From: an uncultured Acidobacteriota bacterium
GTDB lineage: Bacteria; Acidobacteriota; Terriglobia; Terriglobales; Acidobacteriaceae
Assembly: GCA_963830785.1 (NCBI GenBank)
Contig: CAWHNV010000045.1
Location: forward strand, 2,792-66,791
Direction of reading: 5' to 3'
Length of the DNA stretch: 64,000 nt
Part shown: positions 39,348-50,265 of the stretch, one piece after another
Numbering within the stretch: position 1 is the stretch's first letter
How the letters are laid out: every line of letters begins with the position of its first letter
The notes under the pieces: generated by a model
What the model saw: only the letters and a program-made list of their open reading frames with translations
Told to the model about the DNA's origin: nothing
Database searches by the model: none
Translations under genes and position numbers: made by a program

Positions 39348-39740
39348 CGCATATTCTCCTCGGCAGATTCGGTTGTCGCGGCCTATATATTGATACGGCG
39401 CGGCCACTGATCCCGGCTGTTGGGATCATTCAATTCCGCGGGCCCCAGTCGACCCATGTGGGCCCAGATGTGAGTGAGGACCTTCGGCGGAGGGCAGTGC
39501 TAGTCACCGCCGAAGAGGCTAGGTCGAGTGCGGGTGGGCAGCACGCGCAAGTGCCGCCGCGGGCAAATGCCACGCACGCGCGATCGCGACCAGCTTTTGG
39601 TGGCTGGCGGGTGTAGCGATTGCAATAGCTCGCGCGCCTTCATAAGTTTTTCCGCTCTTTTCAGAGGATACCACGCAGCAAGTTTCCATGCCACGCGCAC
39701 GCCCAGACGGTGGTGGGCCAGTTTGAAGCTGTTTTCATAG

Positions 39741-39925
39741 GGCACGACTTCAGTCTTTCCGCAAACGCGCCGTAGGCGCGACGGTTGTTAGCCCCGCGCT
39801 TCAGCGTGGGGTGGAGAAGCGAAGCACAATCGAAGCCCCGTAGGGGCGATGCCTTTTCCGTGAAAGGACACGACTTCAGTCGTGTAGCAAACGCCGATTA
39901 ATGCGCCGGGGCGTAGCCCCCGAAA
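39741..39925. repeat. REP-like element cluster
   Basis: GGCACGACTTCAGTC; TTAGCCCCGCGCTTCAGCGTGGG; CCCGTAGGGGCGA; related copy at 43500-43590. Confidence 0.65.
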
Positions 39926-39932
39926 GAACAGC

Positions 39933-40631
39933 TTACTGTGGATCGGACACGAAGGAGTGCGGCGGAACCAGGTCAGGGGAAGTCTCACCGTCGAGGGTAA
40001 CCTGCGCTCGCTCGAAGGCTCGCAGGCTGTGCCAATCGGCCGCCATCGCCATCCAGCAAACCGCGCCCTTTTCAAGAACGGTGCACGCAATCTCGAAAGT
40101 GAAGGGGTTCTCGGGATGGCCTTTCGGAGTTCCCTTGGCGCGCTCAATCCAGACCGTGTGGCTGCCCAGCGTATAGTTGCCCTCTACCGGATTGGTAATG
40201 TCGAAGGTTTGCTTCAAGCCCTCCGCGGCGCCGGCGCCAAAGTTTGCCAGGTCGCCTGGCTTCATGCTTTGCCCATAGCAGGCAAAGGGCAGCGCCACCA
40301 CATCTACCACCGAGGCCGGCGTACCGTGCTTTGCCGTGAACACAATTTCCACGCAGGCATCGCCTCTTTTGGCGCCCACGGCATCGGGAAAGGGCACTGT
40401 GACCTTTGGCGCTGGAGGGGGAGCCACTAGCTCCCAGTCTGCGGGCAGACTGTAGTTGAAGCCGATGTCGCTGTCATCAATGTGAGCCGGCTGCGTTTTG
40501 GCGGGTGCGGCGACCGGCGCCGGCGTTGCAGCCTGCGCCGGTGTCGCGGTTTGCCCAGCCGCGGGGGCGACCTGCGCAAGCGGCGGCACGCAACCAGCGA
40601 TAAATAGAGCAGCGGCGACGGCAACTCTCAT
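39933..40631 (-). CDS. secreted hypothetical protein
   Basis: Signal peptide and Pro/Ala linker; GF.YSLPADW motif. Confidence 0.7.
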   Translation of the reverse strand: MRVAVAAALFIAGCVPPLAQVAPAAGQTATPAQAATPAPVAAPAKTQPAHIDDSDIGFNYSLPADWELVAPPPAPKVTVPFPDAVGAKRGDACVEIVFTAKHGTPASVVDVVALPFACYGQSMKPGDLANFGAGAAEGLKQTFDITNPVEGNYTLGSHTVWIERAKGTPKGHPENPFTFEIACTVLEKGAVCWMAMAADWHSLRAFERAQVTLDGETSPDLVPPHSFVSDPQ

Positions 40632-40785
40632 GGGTACACCTTCACTCGGGGCTAAGTCTATCGCAGCCTCGCGGGAGCGACAACATTTTTTCAAGAGTGC
40701 GCCAAGTCGAAAACAGCTTTGCAAGGGCACGGCTTCAGCCGCGCCAAATCTGCCGCTAGATGGTTTTGGGCTTTAGCCCCTGGCG

Positions 40786-41331
40786 TTACTTGAGCAGGAA
40801 GGCCGACGCCGCCGACACAATTCCGACAACGGAGAACGCCAGGCCCAGGTACCAGTAGATGCGGCTGCGCGTGAGCAGCGTGACCGACGTGATGACCAAG
40901 GCGATCTCGAGCAGCGCCTCGCCCAGGTCGAAGCGGTCGGCGCGCGCTTCGGCCTGCTCCACCTTCTGCTGGGTCGCCTCGGCCTGCTCCTGTTCTTCTT
41001 TCAGATCGTCATTCCACTTCTTCTCATGATCGGCATAGCTCTTGGCAAGTTTGGCGGCCGCGTCCTTATCGGCAACACTCATCACGCCGAGCAGATCGGC
41101 AGCCAGCTCCGTATCGTTGGCGCGAATTTTGTGGGCCTGATAATAGTTCCACTGATCGGTCGCCCGGTTCTGGTTGAGAACCGCCTCGGTTTGCGTGCGA
41201 TGGCCCAGCACCGTGGTCACGGCCACCAGCACGGCCAGCACGCTCATGGTAAAGGCAACCGGCCGCAACGACGATTCGTGCGCAACGTGCTCCGCGTGTT
41301 CCTGCAATTCCTGTGCTTCGTTGGCTTCCAT
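40786..41331 (-). CDS. DUF4337 family membrane protein
   Basis: ATDQWNYYQA; FDLGEALLEIALV. Confidence 0.85.
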   Translation of the reverse strand: MEANEAQELQEHAEHVAHESSLRPVAFTMSVLAVLVAVTTVLGHRTQTEAVLNQNRATDQWNYYQAHKIRANDTELAADLLGVMSVADKDAAAKLAKSYADHEKKWNDDLKEEQEQAEATQQKVEQAEARADRFDLGEALLEIALVITSVTLLTRSRIYWYLGLAFSVVGIVSAASAFLLK

Positions 41332-41345
41332 AGGCAGTCGGCTCT

Positions 41346-41575
41346 CTAGTCTCTTAAATTTTCAGGCTTCAAGCCTGTCCGCTTGGCGATCTTCGCCAGC
41401 ATCTTAGGCCCGATTTCGTCACTCCGTGAAACGCCCACGTATATTCATAGGGAAATTTTGAGTTTTCGAGCTGCCTGTGCGAGCCGCCCTTGCTGACGCG
41501 CGGTTTCTCCTGCCAACCGATTCTCAGCAGAGCCCGGAATACTTTCTTCGCGCTTGTCGCTGGAAATTTCGCCAT
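41346..41575 (-). pseudogene. hicA: HicA-family toxin (frameshift near 41424)
   Basis: RALLRIGW...GSHR...WAFH then a shifted DEIGPKMLAKIAKRTGL. Confidence 0.75.
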
Positions 41576-41638
41576 GGGCCAAGGGTCGAACCATCGTCTT
41601 TACGATTCAGCAGCTGAGTGAGGAATATCGGTCAACAA

Positions 41639-41839
41639 TCATGCGGCGGCGAACCGAACCGAATTGGCAGCCGACTGTTCTCTCTCAATCTGACCCGCTA
41701 TCACGCGCAATGCCAGAGCTTGCACCTTCGACTCAGCCTCTTTCTTGGTGGCCCCATAGGCGAGCACGCCAGGGAGACTTTCAATCTCCGCAATCCAGCG
41801 GCCATCATCTTCTCGATCAAAGACTATTTCGAGTTCCAT
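41639..41839 (-). CDS. hicB: short HicB-family antitoxin
   Basis: REDDGRWIAEIESLPGVLAYGATKKEA. Confidence 0.88.
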   Translation of the reverse strand: MELEIVFDREDDGRWIAEIESLPGVLAYGATKKEAESKVQALALRVIAGQIEREQSAANSVRFAAA

Positions 41840-41888
41840 CGGAATCCTCCATGACAGGCCGGTTGGTTCCTAGTCTACGCGATCCCCG

Positions 41889-43367
41889 CTATTTCCGCTT
41901 CCAGCGCACCCCGTCTTTGGAGTCTTCCAGAATCACGCCCTTTTCCGCCAGCTCATTGCGAATCTGGTCGGCGCGGGCAAAGTTGCGCGCCTTCTTGGCC
42001 GCGGTGCGCTCGGCCACCAACGCTTCAATCGCCGCATCGGTCAGCGACTGCGCGGCGATTAGCTCTGGAGCCACTTCGCCCATGCGGCCTTCCTGCTCGG
42101 CCCATGCCAGCGCGCGGCGTGTGGGCTCGCTGTCACGGTCCTCCAGTACATCGAAGACAGCATCAAAATCCGCAAGCACGGGCAACATCGCGTCACGGTC
42201 GGCCGCAAACAGTTGTTCGTCATCCATGGCCGTATTCGCCGCGCGCACCAATTCAAAAATCGGCGCCATTGCGTCGGCGGTGTTCAAATCGTTGGCCAGC
42301 GCTCGAAAGTAATCTGCATGCGCCTTCTTCGCAGCCTCCTGCAAAACGGGATTCTCGCCCGCCAGAAATTTTCCCACATGCAGCCGCGCGCGAAATGTGC
42401 GCAGCCGGTCGATGGCGTTGGTGGCGTCAGTCAGGCTGTCAAAGGTAAAGTTGAGCTGCCGCCGGTACGGCACCGAAATCAGCGCCAGACGGATGGCCGA
42501 CGCTTTAAATCCCTTCAGCAGCAGGTCGCGCAAAGTGTAAAAATTCCCCTCGCTCTTCGACATCTTCTTGCCGTCCACCAGCAGGAAGCGCACGTGCATC
42601 CAATGCCGCGCGAACTGTTTGTGCGTCGCGGTCTCGCTCTGCGCAATCTCGTTTTCGTGGTGCGGAAACATCAGGTCTTCGCCGCCACAGTGCAGGTCGA
42701 AGCTCTCGCCCAAATACTCCATCGCCATCGCCGAGCACTCGATGTGCCATCCCGGCCGGCCCGGCCCGATCGCCGTGTCCCAGGATGTTTCGCCTGGCTT
42801 GGGAGCCTTCCACAACGCAAAGTCGCGTGCCGAATCCTTCTCGTACTCGTCCACGTCCACGCGCGCACCGTCTTCCATGCCGCTCAGATCTTTTTTGCTC
42901 AGTTTGCCGTATTCAGGAAACGCCGCCAGGCGGAAGTACCATGACCCGTCTTCCACTTTGTAGGCCGCTCCCGCCGCGGCCAGCTTCTCAATCAGTTCCA
43001 CCATTTGCGGAATGTGCTCGGTGGCGCGCGCAATCTGCTCCGGCCGCTCCACGCGCAGCGATTCCAAATCCTCGAAAAACGCGTCGACATACCGCGACGT
43101 GTACTCGCCGATGGGAATGTTCTTCGCGGCAGCGTTGCGGATAATCTTGTCGTCCACGTCGGTAATGTTCATCACGTGACGCACGGCCACGCCGCTCAGT
43201 CGCAGAAAGCGCCGCAGAAGATCGATCTGCAAAAACGTGCGGAAGTTGCCGATGTGGCCGTAGTCGTAGACCGTTGGCCCGCAGGCATACATGCGCAACG
43301 CCTTGCCGTCGGCCGGCTCAAGCGCATCCAGTTGTCCCGTGAGGGTGTTGAAAAGGCGGAGGGTCAT
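41889..43367 (-). CDS. cysS: cysteine--tRNA ligase
   Basis: CGPTVY, HIGN, GRPGWHIECS, KMSKS. Confidence 0.98.
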   Translation of the reverse strand: MTLRLFNTLTGQLDALEPADGKALRMYACGPTVYDYGHIGNFRTFLQIDLLRRFLRLSGVAVRHVMNITDVDDKIIRNAAAKNIPIGEYTSRYVDAFFEDLESLRVERPEQIARATEHIPQMVELIEKLAAAGAAYKVEDGSWYFRLAAFPEYGKLSKKDLSGMEDGARVDVDEYEKDSARDFALWKAPKPGETSWDTAIGPGRPGWHIECSAMAMEYLGESFDLHCGGEDLMFPHHENEIAQSETATHKQFARHWMHVRFLLVDGKKMSKSEGNFYTLRDLLLKGFKASAIRLALISVPYRRQLNFTFDSLTDATNAIDRLRTFRARLHVGKFLAGENPVLQEAAKKAHADYFRALANDLNTADAMAPIFELVRAANTAMDDEQLFAADRDAMLPVLADFDAVFDVLEDRDSEPTRRALAWAEQEGRMGEVAPELIAAQSLTDAAIEALVAERTAAKKARNFARADQIRNELAEKGVILEDSKDGVRWKRK

Positions 43368-43499
43368 CGCTTCCAAATCTTACGGCTCGCTCATGGCGGA
43401 AAAGATCCTCCACTTCGCGGTCTACCCAATTTTAACAAGCACAGCGCGGCCGGACATTTTGAAACCGCCCGCGAATGGGTACGTCCCGGCGAACGCGCC

Positions 43500-43690
43500 G
43501 CAGGCGCAGTGTTTGTTAGCCCCGCGCTTTAGCGTGGGGAAAGGAATCGCGTAATTCCGGTGCGGAGTCCCGTAGGGACGGCGCAAGCGACGCATTTGAT
43601 TGAGAGGATCCGAAAGTCCCTGAGAGTCGTTCCCGTCTTCCGCGGTTGCCCCATCCTTCCGCCCGGCTTTTGGGCGAAAGGGTGGGAGAA
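43500..43690. repeat. REP-like element cluster
   Basis: TTAGCCCCGCGCTTTAGCGTGGG, AGTCCCGTAGGGACG, TGCCCCATCCTTCC..GAAAGGGTGGGA. Confidence 0.65.
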
Positions 43691-43728
43691 CACAAACTCC
43701 GCCGGCGCGAATTCACGCGCTCAGAGCC

Positions 43729-44505
43729 TCAGCTGAACATCGCCGCGATTCCCAGCGAAAACGCCAACATTATCGCCCACCATCCAAAGACCGCGATGTA
43801 ACCCGCGCCACGCTTCGTGCCTGCGACCACCGCGACCCCGATCGCCGTCACAACCATGCACCAGATGGAAAGAACATCGATGTTCGTCGCTAACGTATAC
43901 AGCGTGAACGGCGTGTCTTGCTGCGAAAGATAGTATCCCAGGTTCGTGCCCGCCGGATTCTTGGGATCGAATGCATCGGGAAGCGCTCCAGCATAAAGCG
44001 CGATGGTTCCCAGCAGGAACTTGATGGGCCACACGACCAGCCCGGCGTACTGCGTAACTGCGAAAATCTCGCCGAATTTTGCCTTGCCTCCGAATCCAAA
44101 GTTGATCGTCGCCAGCAAAACCGCGGCTGCGCACACGTTGATCAATAGCAGCCCCAGCGGAGCAATGGCCCAGGTAATTTCCTGCCCTTTAGGCCCCGCT
44201 TGTTCCTGCTTGGCCTTTTGCTCCGGCGTCATGTTTTCCATCATGCGCTTGGCAAACTCGGGCAAGTTTCTCTGGTTGTTTTCAAAAACTCCGCGCCACG
44301 TAACCACTTGGCCCACTGCAACCCAGAGCAGTGTGCCTGTCAGCAGCGTGATCAGGAACGGCAGCCACCAACTCCGATTGCCACGCCGGATGTCTTCAAA
44401 GGTCTTCGACGGCGCCGTGAACGTGTAGCCCACGCGTTGCCATTGCGTCAGGCCCGCGGTCGTCGGGGCCGCTGCCGCTACCGCTGGAACTCCCGTCTCG
44501 CTCAT
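43729..44505 (-). CDS. YIP1 family membrane protein
   Basis: FTAPSKTFEDI...SWWLP; five TM helices. Confidence 0.85.
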   Translation of the reverse strand: MSETGVPAVAAAAPTTAGLTQWQRVGYTFTAPSKTFEDIRRGNRSWWLPFLITLLTGTLLWVAVGQVVTWRGVFENNQRNLPEFAKRMMENMTPEQKAKQEQAGPKGQEITWAIAPLGLLLINVCAAAVLLATINFGFGGKAKFGEIFAVTQYAGLVVWPIKFLLGTIALYAGALPDAFDPKNPAGTNLGYYLSQQDTPFTLYTLATNIDVLSIWCMVVTAIGVAVVAGTKRGAGYIAVFGWWAIMLAFSLGIAAMFS

Positions 44506-44885
44506 GATTTCCGCCTTTCAATTTACCTGGGATGCTTTTGACCGCGATTGTATCCTCACAGCGCGATAGGAATCGAATGAAATTTAGCAGGTGCGGCGCG
44601 AGGTGCGCCTCCCGCGGCAGCGTCTCGGCTTCTGCACCCGGCCGCTCCTTGTAATCCCACGCACACCTGCGGTTCATGCGCGTGTTACTGGCATTCCAAA
44701 GGTTGCTTGTTAATAGACATACAGCACGCATTCGGCTTGCCCACTCGCCAACTGCGCTGATCTGCTTGGTATGATGTTCATCAATCAGAGCGTTCAGGGC
44801 TGGGCTAGACTAGCGGTCGTGCTGCCCTGAGTTTCCGTGCAATGGCCACACCCGGGCTCCGCAACCAGGTGAGTTCTTTGAGGAA

Positions 44886-45956
44886 GTGACCGCTGTGAGT
44901 CAATGGAAAAGCTGGATCCGGAGGCTTGGACATCCGGAAACGCCGAGGGCTGAAAGGCGAACCCCACTAGGGCTTAAAGCCTGGCAGACCAACAACCCGG
45001 CTTCGCAGCCATTTACCATCGAGAACATGAGCTCGACCGGCCTTTATTTGCTCACTGAAGAACGCTGGCCCGTGGATCAGTTGATCCCACTCACAATAGA
45101 AGTGGCAGCATTGCCCGGGAATCGCACAGAGGAACGAATTCCCGTGCAGGCGCGGGTGGTTCGGCACGGCCAAGATGGCATCGGATTAGCGTTCGTTTCG
45201 CCCCCCGGCCTCGACCCAGACCTTTGGGAGGTCCTGCTCGACAATACCGTCAATCTTACCGACCCCAAGGCCCTCTCATACACGCTCAGGTTGCTCCGAA
45301 CCACTCTGTTCCTGTGCCGGCTATGTCACGAGGAAGCTAACCAGGCCATTCAGCTGCTTGGCTGTGAACTGGATGGACCTCGAACCGAGATCGCTATGGA
45401 AATTGCCCTCGGCGCGGAAATGCTGCTGGCTTCAGAACCCGACGCTGACAAGATGCGCGCTCATCCGCAGATCGTCGCGAACATATTCCAATACGGGTCA
45501 TGGGCGCAGAATGATTTGGCAAAGCAATTATGGATCGGCCTGTTTGTCTCCTCCTGCAACGTGAATGCTGTCGACGAATCCAGCCACGATATTTTCGATC
45601 TGCTTGTGAGTGTTTCACCCGTTCAGGGCCTGATCCTGGTTACTGCATGTAAGAAGCTGATGGAGCGCAGGCCGGAAACCGGCAATGTTCCCTCGGCGCG
45701 AATCATCTTTACAACGCAAGAGATGAGCCGACTCACAGGTATCTATGATCCGATAAGGCTTGGCGTGGAGATCACACGTTTATTCGACGCGGGGTTGATC
45801 GAAAAAGCGTACGTTTACACGTCCTATGCTCCTGTGGAGAGCTTTGATCTCACCCCTTCCCCCCTGGGCCTGAAACTGTACGAGCGCTGCAAAGCGCATC
45901 GCATACAACTGCGATCGGCGCTCGAGGATGCCCAAAGCACCCCACCCTCGCTTTAG
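44886..45956 (+). CDS. PilZ domain protein with C-terminal extension
   Basis: RAERR (RxxxR) and NMSSTG (D/NxSxxG); ARVVR.G.DGIGLAF. Confidence 0.8.
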   Translation: MTAVSQWKSWIRRLGHPETPRAERRTPLGLKAWQTNNPASQPFTIENMSSTGLYLLTEERWPVDQLIPLTIEVAALPGNRTEERIPVQARVVRHGQDGIGLAFVSPPGLDPDLWEVLLDNTVNLTDPKALSYTLRLLRTTLFLCRLCHEEANQAIQLLGCELDGPRTEIAMEIALGAEMLLASEPDADKMRAHPQIVANIFQYGSWAQNDLAKQLWIGLFVSSCNVNAVDESSHDIFDLLVSVSPVQGLILVTACKKLMERRPETGNVPSARIIFTTQEMSRLTGIYDPIRLGVEITRLFDAGLIEKAYVYTSYAPVESFDLTPSPLGLKLYERCKAHRIQLRSALEDAQSTPPSL

Positions 45957-46156
45957 CCTGACCGGCGCCCGGCCCGGGTTTCAGAAAAGCAATCCCACCA
46001 CTTCTTTGCCCCTCGCCTTGCAACAAGGGCACGGCTTTACAACTCGCTGAAAAATGTCGGCTCGATACGATCTGCCTCGAATTACCCGCATGCCTCAACC
46101 TAGAGGTGTGATTTAAATCACATTACTCGCAGCCATCTCAACCTAGCATTGTCATC

Positions 46157-48112
46157 ATGGACCACGCACAGAAACTTGATCGAGAGGACATTCGGCGTGC
46201 CTTGCAACGCGGGGAATTCTTCCCGGATTTTCAACCCCTTGTGATTCTCGCAACGGGCAAGCTTCACGGCTTTGAGGTGCTCGCGCGTTGGCAGCACCCC
46301 GATCTCGGCATGATCCCTCCGGATGAGTTCATCCCCATGGCTGAGAGGGAAGGTTGGATCTGCGAGGTCAGCAGGCAAGTTCTGCAAAAAGCGTTTCAGG
46401 CGATCGCGCTCCATGGGAAAGGACTCAGGCTCGCGTTCAATATCTCTCCGCTGCAACTGCAAGACTTAGCTCTGCCAGAACATCTCCGCCGGCTCGCCGA
46501 GTTCGCCGGGTTTTCCCTTGAATGCGCAACCGCCGAGATTACTGAAAGCGCGATGGCAGAGAACATGGCGTCAGCTCGGACCATCACCCGGGATCTGAAG
46601 GCGATGGGATGCCGCATCGCGCTGGACGACTTCGGAACAGGATACTCCAGTCTTCATCACTTGAAGTCCCTCCCTTTCGACGAACTAAAAGTAGACCGGT
46701 CATTCGTTAGTTCAATGACGACCGAGCGCGAGAGCCGAAAGATCGTAGCCGCCGTCGTGGGGCTTGGACAGAGCCTTGGACTCAACACTATAGCCGAGGG
46801 CGTTGAGACGGAGGAACAAGCTGACACGCTCTTGCGCCTCGGCTGCGACATGGGGCAGGGCTGGCACTACGGAAGACCAGCGCCGGCCGAGATACTTCCG
46901 TCAGTCATCGAGTTACTTACGCGATCCGGGATTTCGCGTGCCGCCCGTAAGCGGAAGGGGATTTCGCTCAACTGCAGAGAGGGGCTCCCATCACAACGGC
47001 TGGCTCAACTCCAGGCAGTGTACGACGGCGCACCAGTAGGTTTGGGTTACCTCGATCGGAATCTGAAGTACATCAACATTAATCGAAGGCTCGCCGAGAT
47101 GCATGGTCTCTCGATTGAGGATCACTATGGAAAGACGCTCGCCGAGGTCATTCCGGAGTTATACCCGCTTATCGAGCCCCATGTGAAAGAGGCTTTAAAC
47201 GGTAAGCCAATTTCCGACCTGGAGATTCGCGGGCCAGGTTCTCACACGCATGATCGGAAAACCTTCCATGTCTCGTACCAGCCGGCGTTTGACGAGGCCG
47301 GTGAAGTTGTGGGAGTATCTTGCGCCGTCAGGGATTTCACTGCTCGAAAAAATGCTGAGGATAAGCTTCGTCAATACGAACGACTCGTCGAAGGTCTTGA
47401 TGAAATGGTCGCCGTTGTGGACCGGAATTACCGGTATGTACTCACAAACCGCGCATTCCTTGAAGTGTTCGGTGGGGCCAACGCGAGGCTCGAAGGGCAG
47501 TCGATCCGGGAATTCAGAGACAGGGAAGTGATCGAGCAAATTGTCATACCGTACCTCGATCTCTGCTTCCGTGGGAGTCCGGTCCTTTTCAGCATGGAGT
47601 ACGACCTGCCCGGGGTCGGGGTGCGGGACTTAAGTGTTTCCTTTTCGCCTATTGAGGTCTCCGGCGAAGTGGAAACGGTTGCCTGTGTGTTGCGGGATAT
47701 CACAGACATGAAGCGAGTCGAATTCGTCGAGACCGGTTGGCGGAAGCGAATCGAACTGGCTGAGTGCGCAGGACTCCGAATCGGACTATGGGACTGGGAC
47801 ATTCGAGCAAACAAAGTTGTCTGGTCAGATGAGTCGTACCGGCAATGGGGATTCACCCGCGGCACCTTTTCCTGCAAAGTGGCAGACGCTGTTTCCCGGA
47901 TTCACCCGGCAGACCGCGCCACCGTGGAATCGGCAATTGGAAAGGTCATGTCTCGTGAGACTGACGAATACGCTGCACAATATCGCGTTCTCAGGCCCGA
48001 CGGTTCAATCTGCTGGATTGATGCGCGCGGTGTGATGGTGGGCGATTCTTCCCAACGTATGATCGGCATTGGCGTGGATATCACCGACCATTTGATGACC
48101 CAGGCTTCTTAA
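46157..48112 (+). CDS. EAL phosphodiesterase with three PAS/PAC domains
   Basis: FEVLARW, EITES, DDFGTGYSSL, AEGVE; PAS motifs; ends after the last PAC. Confidence 0.9.
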   Translation: MDHAQKLDREDIRRALQRGEFFPDFQPLVILATGKLHGFEVLARWQHPDLGMIPPDEFIPMAEREGWICEVSRQVLQKAFQAIALHGKGLRLAFNISPLQLQDLALPEHLRRLAEFAGFSLECATAEITESAMAENMASARTITRDLKAMGCRIALDDFGTGYSSLHHLKSLPFDELKVDRSFVSSMTTERESRKIVAAVVGLGQSLGLNTIAEGVETEEQADTLLRLGCDMGQGWHYGRPAPAEILPSVIELLTRSGISRAARKRKGISLNCREGLPSQRLAQLQAVYDGAPVGLGYLDRNLKYININRRLAEMHGLSIEDHYGKTLAEVIPELYPLIEPHVKEALNGKPISDLEIRGPGSHTHDRKTFHVSYQPAFDEAGEVVGVSCAVRDFTARKNAEDKLRQYERLVEGLDEMVAVVDRNYRYVLTNRAFLEVFGGANARLEGQSIREFRDREVIEQIVIPYLDLCFRGSPVLFSMEYDLPGVGVRDLSVSFSPIEVSGEVETVACVLRDITDMKRVEFVETGWRKRIELAECAGLRIGLWDWDIRANKVVWSDESYRQWGFTRGTFSCKVADAVSRIHPADRATVESAIGKVMSRETDEYAAQYRVLRPDGSICWIDARGVMVGDSSQRMIGIGVDITDHLMTQAS

Positions 48113-48469
48113 GGAAGCCCTCGGCACTCGAACCTCTGTAGTTTTAGGAATCTGCCATACCCGTCATGAGCCGTTTTGTTTCGCCAGCTTGCCGACGGCG
48201 GTGATGCGGGAATGACTTTCAGTGATGTTATATCAGTCGGTTTCCTAAGCAAACCGGATTCGGATGGCGGCATTTGGTGTCCTACGAAGGTGAGCAAAAA
48301 GCTCAAGCCTGTGCCGGGACAAGCGATTATCTTCGTCAAAAAGCCTACGTGGTGGCAGTCTCACGTTGCAGGATGAAAGTACGACTCCAGCCATGACAGG
48401 ACGAGGTGCGGCCCACTTTCGGAGCAAATAACCGCCTACGCGGAAATAACGCTTGCCGAGCCTTTTCGG

Positions 48470-48665
48470 AGGGAGCAGGGGCCTTCAGGCCCCTGAACGC
48501 AGAGTCCGATGAGAGCCTTCAGGCCCGGGCTTACATCCCCGCAGGACGCAGTGGCATGGCATTGAATGGCCCACCGCGGTGCTAGTCGGCGGGTGGCCCC
48601 GATCTCGACGCCCCAAAAACCACACCGAAGGTGCCCCCGGTCCCTCGCTCTTGGGGACCGGGGAG
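48470..48665. repeat. REP-like palindromes
   Basis: CAGGGGCCTTCAGGCCCCTG; GGTGCCCCCGGTCCCTCGCTCTTGGGGACCGGGG. Confidence 0.6.
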
Positions 48666-49077
48666 ACTCCGGAACTCAATTGGAAGGAAGAAGCCCACGG
48701 GCTAGCAGGATTGGTCCCCTAAAACGTTAGGTTCCTATCGGGATCGCCCCGGTGGACGAGGCGGGGTTGAGCCGTGTTCTTTCGTCCGGGGCGGTTTCGA
48801 TAGGATCGTTTGAACTGAGCCGCAGGCGTTTGCGGCGGATGCGGTGATCTACCTATGTACTTTCAATGGCGCCGTCCCGCGGATCGTGGCGATTGCGAGC
48901 ACGGAACTGAGCCAGTCGCGTGAGGAGGATCTTTTCAGTGAGCGGAGTTGAGTGCTGCGAGGTGTGCGCGAGTGCCGCATATAGGGTGCGTGAGCAGCTT
49001 GCGGGCATAAGGCGGCGTTGCAAGCGCGAGCATGCCATGAAGCGACCGGCGTAGATGCATCGTAGGCCATGGATGTT

Positions 49078-50265
49078 TTATGAGCTGTCAACGTTGCACC
49101 TCCGTGGGGCGGCGAGGCTCGGGTCGGACTGGAAGTAAAGTTGAGCACTGGTGAAGCGTTCGACAACCAGCATGGTTGCGGAGCAGGCGGGGCAACGCAG
49201 CTGGCTGGCCGCATCTGTTCGATCGGTGAGTGCAGTTGCGCCGAGCAACTGGCGGCAGCGTGCGAGGGCGGTTTCCCTTCTTCGGTTGGCGAAGAAGCCG
49301 AAGTGGCGGATGCGGACCAGGCCTTTGGGCAGCACGTGGAGAAGAAATCTGCGCAGGAACTCGTCTGCAGAAACGGTCATGACCTTCTTTTTGCCGCCGT
49401 GAGCATAGTCCCGCCAGCGGAATGAGACGCGATCGTTGTCAAAGGCCACGAGTCGATGGTTGGAAATAGCGACGCGATGAGTGTAGCGAGCCAGATAGTT
49501 GAGAACATGTTCGGCGCCGCCGAAGGGTGGCTTTGCGTAGACGACCCAGTCCTTTTGGCCGAGTTGCCAGAGCAAGTCGCTGAATGCGACAGGCGAGGCA
49601 AGCGGTTGCAGTGAGCCGTGAAACTGCAGTCTGTCCTGTTTGAACAACTCACGGAGTTGGTCGCAGAACTTGTCGCGGAAGACACGGCTGAGTCGCTTGA
49701 CGGGCAGGAAGAATCGGCGCGAGGAGTCTATCCATCTGGAGCCGTCGAGGGCCAAGCCTCCAGCGGGAACGATGTAGTGAACGTGGGGATGATGCTCAAG
49801 GTTCTGTCCCCACGTATGGAGCACGCCGAGAAATCCGATATCGGCTCCCAGGGGCTTTGGCTCGCCAGCCAATTCGATCATCGCCGCGGCGCTGGTACGG
49901 AAGAGCAGATCGTAGAGGTGCCGCTTGTTCTGGAGGATCAGAGCGGAGAGTTCGTGCGGCAAAGTGAAGACGACCTGGAAGTACGGAACGGGCAACAGTT
50001 CGGCCGAGCGCGCGGCCAACCATTTTGCGCGTGCGTTGCCCTGGCACTTCGGGCAGTGTCGTGATCGGCATGAGTTGTAGGAGACGGCCCGATGGCCGCA
50101 GCGAGTGCACTTATCCAGATGACCGCCCAGTGCCGCGGTACGGCACCGGGCAATAGCATCGAGCACCTTGCGATGCACCCATGCAAAGTGTGACTTGTGC
50201 TCTTCCCAGAATCTATTGCCCGCTGCGCGGACGATGTCGGCCACCTCGAAGGTGGGCCGGCTCAT
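49078..50265 (-). CDS. IS91-family transposase
   Basis: CRTAALGG, SCRSRHCPKC, LHTWG...HPHVH, YLARY. Confidence 0.95.
   Translation of the reverse strand: MSRPTFEVADIVRAAGNRFWEEHKSHFAWVHRKVLDAIARCRTAALGGHLDKCTRCGHRAVSYNSCRSRHCPKCQGNARAKWLAARSAELLPVPYFQVVFTLPHELSALILQNKRHLYDLLFRTSAAAMIELAGEPKPLGADIGFLGVLHTWGQNLEHHPHVHYIVPAGGLALDGSRWIDSSRRFFLPVKRLSRVFRDKFCDQLRELFKQDRLQFHGSLQPLASPVAFSDLLWQLGQKDWVVYAKPPFGGAEHVLNYLARYTHRVAISNHRLVAFDNDRVSFRWRDYAHGGKKKVMTVSADEFLRRFLLHVLPKGLVRIRHFGFFANRRRETALARCRQLLGATALTDRTDAASQLRCPACSATMLVVERFTSAQLYFQSDPSLAAPRRCNVDSS

Noticed and set aside
44790-44875. Possible riboswitch upstream of the PilZ gene
   Set aside because: Stems exist (TCAGGGC/GCCCTGA) but I recognise no c-di-GMP-I/II or other consensus.
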